Part shown: in pieces, positions 61,610 to 64,000 of the stretch
Layout of the letters: each line of letters opens with the position of its first letter
Position numbering within the stretch: position 1 is the first letter of the stretch
Source of the DNA: Chiloscyllium plagiosum
Taxonomy: Eukaryota
Reading direction: 5' to 3'
NCBI RefSeq assembly: GCF_004010195.1
Contig: NC_057718.1
Span: forward strand, 12,621,628 to 12,685,627
DNA length: 64,000 bases
Program-made: the position numbers and the translations under genes
Notes under the pieces: model-generated
Databases searched by the model: none
Told to the model about the DNA's origin: nothing
Seen by the model: the letters and a program-made list of their open reading frames with translations, nothing else

Positions 61610-62670
61610 TGCTGATCAGTAGTAAATGGAATTCAATCTGGATAAGTGTGAGATATTGCACTTGGGCAGGACGAACAAAGCAAGGGAATACATGATTAAC
61701 AGTAGGACCCTGGAAAGCACTCGTATCAGAGGGACCTTGGTGTGCATGCCCACCTGTCCCTTAAAGTAGTGGGATGGATTGCTAAAATAGTAAAGAAATC
61801 TTGGGATATTTGCCTTATCAACCAAGGCATAGAATTTTAGAAAAGGGAGGATATGCTGGAACTGTATAAAACTTTGGTTAGGTCATTGTGTGCAGTTCTA
61901 GAATCCTCATTAGGAGACATGTGATTGCAGTGGAGAAGGTGCAGAGGAGATTTACCAGGATGTTTCCTGGGCTGGAGAGTTTTTTATAGATTGGGACAAA
62001 AACAGAAATTGCTGGAAATTCAACAGGTCTGGCAGCATCTGTGGAGAGAAGTCGGAGTTAACATTTCAAGTCCAATGACCCTTCTTCATTACCGTAGATG
62101 CCAAGGCATGTGCCAGATATTATTTGCCTGAAAATGGGATTAGAATACTTAGGTGGTTGTTTTTGTTTCTGAAAAAGGATCTCTGGACTCAAAACATTAA
62201 CTTTGCTTTTTCTCCACAGATGCTGCCAGACCTGTTGATTTTCTCTAGCAATTTCTGTTTATGTTTCGGATCTTTGGCATCTGTACTTCTTAGTTTTATT
62301 TTGTTGCTTCAATTGGGTTATTCTCCTTGGCGCAGACGAGGTTGAAAAGGAGCATGAGTGAGATGTATAAAATAATGAGGGATATAGAGTAGGCAGGAAA
62401 GAACATTTCCCCTTGATGCAGGGATCAACAACCAGGGTACAAAGATTTGGGGTAAGGGGCAAGAGATTCAGAGAGGAAATAAGGAATTTTTTTTCACCCA
62501 GAGACTGTTGGGAATCTGGAACTCACTGCCTTTAAGGATGATAGAGGCAGAAAGCATCATAACATTTAAGAAGTATTTCAATGTACACACACAATGCCAA
62601 TGCATACAAGGCTGTGGCCCAAGTGTTGGAAAATGGCATTAGAATAGTGAGGTGTTTGTTTTTGATCATT
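61610..62670 (+). mobile_element. Old CR1 3' region interrupted by an inverted pair of family C elements (61997-62088 minus, 62166-62305 plus)
   Basis: ATGGAATTCAATCTGGATAAGTGTGAG (MEFNLDKCE); the two family C copies are reverse complements of each other. Confidence 0.75.
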
Positions 62671-64000
62671 GCAGGTTTTTCGTGCTGGAGACATCTGTGT
62701 TAGTCAAGAAATAATTGAATAGTGGTACATTAAAATCTCACAAAAGGAACAAATTCAGAGAAACTGGATTTCATATTCACCTTTTTTCATCTCGTAACCT
62801 TGCAATTCCTTTTGCAGTGATAGAAATTGTGACAATTGTTTGTCCAGAGCAAGGCAAGTGCCATATATGGTTATGATAACCAAGAGTTGATATTCACATA
62901 GGAATCAAACAATTAACAGCATATTCCTAGAGTCTGGGACACTAACCCCAAGGACAGAGTGGATGAAGATTGGGCAGGAGCTGATAATTGAAGAAGTCAA
63001 CACTGATGAAAGTTCCATTCTGGGGTTGAGAAGTTTCAATAGACAAGGGGTGTGAGCGATTGTGTGAGCACATTTTTAGTCCATCCAAAGTTTATTTTAA
63101 ATATCAGATTATTGCCTTGGATGGTTGTGAGATATTCATCTTGTGAAAAATGCCTGCTGCTCCTTCACAAGCCAAATCACCTCTTGGGGGCAATTTTGGA
63201 AAGCCAGCCTCAATGTAAAGTTTGCAGTTTAACCATCTGTTGTACAATCTGCTTTCCATTGCACTGGGAAAGTTGAACAGAGTGTGTGGCATGGGTATCA
63301 ATACCTTACTGCCAGTCTTCCACTCATGGCCCAAGGTGAAAGATCCCTGCGTTCGTCTACATGGCCTCTGAGGTCTGGACAGTGAACTCACTGTCAGGCA
63401 AACGCATGCAATGTTATACTCATGTTGCAAAAGCAAATCTTGTCTCTTCTCCTCCCCCAATTCCCGCCTTCAAAATGTTAGCTGATGGCACCACTAATGT
63501 GCCTTTCAATGGAGTTCAGCAACCGTCAACTGTCACTTCCTATTACTTTATTAGATGATCTTTTAGGAGTGAGAAGAGAATGAATAAAGTGCAAACCACA
63601 GCCACTGGAAAGCACACTTGGATTAAACCTCTAACAACTAGCGATGAAACACTATGGTGCCAAGTGTAAGCTGGGTCTTTGTACGACGCTAATGAGGTCA
63701 TTAACCCTTCCTGGGCTAGTTTGACATTTCTGCATCATTTCCAGAATATAATAAGGCTCAAGTTTTCATTTTAATATTCACTGACTGCTGTTTGAAAAAC
63801 TGGTTTTCAGCTTGGCTGGAATGCTGAAGCCTTCACACTGCTGTCTTATGAAGAAGAGAGGGCTCTGACTTTCACTTAATGGTACTTACTAAAAATTTCA
63901 CAATTGCAATTTTCAGCTTTGCTAATAGTGGAGGAGAAAAGCAGATGTGGATGTACTTTGAATCTCTACAGCTGACTTCAGTTCTCCAGATGGTGCTCTC

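Noticed and set aside
1..64000. Host protein-coding gene or prokaryote-style operon/defence system
   Set aside because: The DNA is a vertebrate repeat landscape; all recognisable ORFs are TE fragments and no exon chain could be supported

Overview
This window is non-coding (intronic or intergenic) vertebrate DNA, almost certainly from a cartilaginous fish (shark-type). The basis is its HE1/V-SINE-like and DeuSINE-like SINEs and its dense CR1 LINE content. I could not identify any host protein-coding exon; every ORF I can recognise is transposon-derived (CR1 esterase ORF1, CR1 APE/RT ORF2, RTE RT, Penelope GIY-YIG, PIF/Harbinger transposase remnant). The main hidden signal is a set of minimal type-I hammerhead-ribozyme motifs (CUGAnGA-N-stemII-GAAA-palindromic stem III-UH-stem I). 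One motif has an intact core and sits at the end of a Penelope GIY-YIG ORF (35908-35947). About ten degenerate copies occur in at least four short-element families whose stems co-vary, and several lie in inverted pairs flanked by 8-15 bp target duplications. The window also holds two clean locally templated insertions, a ~9 kb nested retroposon stack, and several unique CNE-like stretches. Family names come from recalled consensus features, not database searches, and coordinates of old repeats are approximate.
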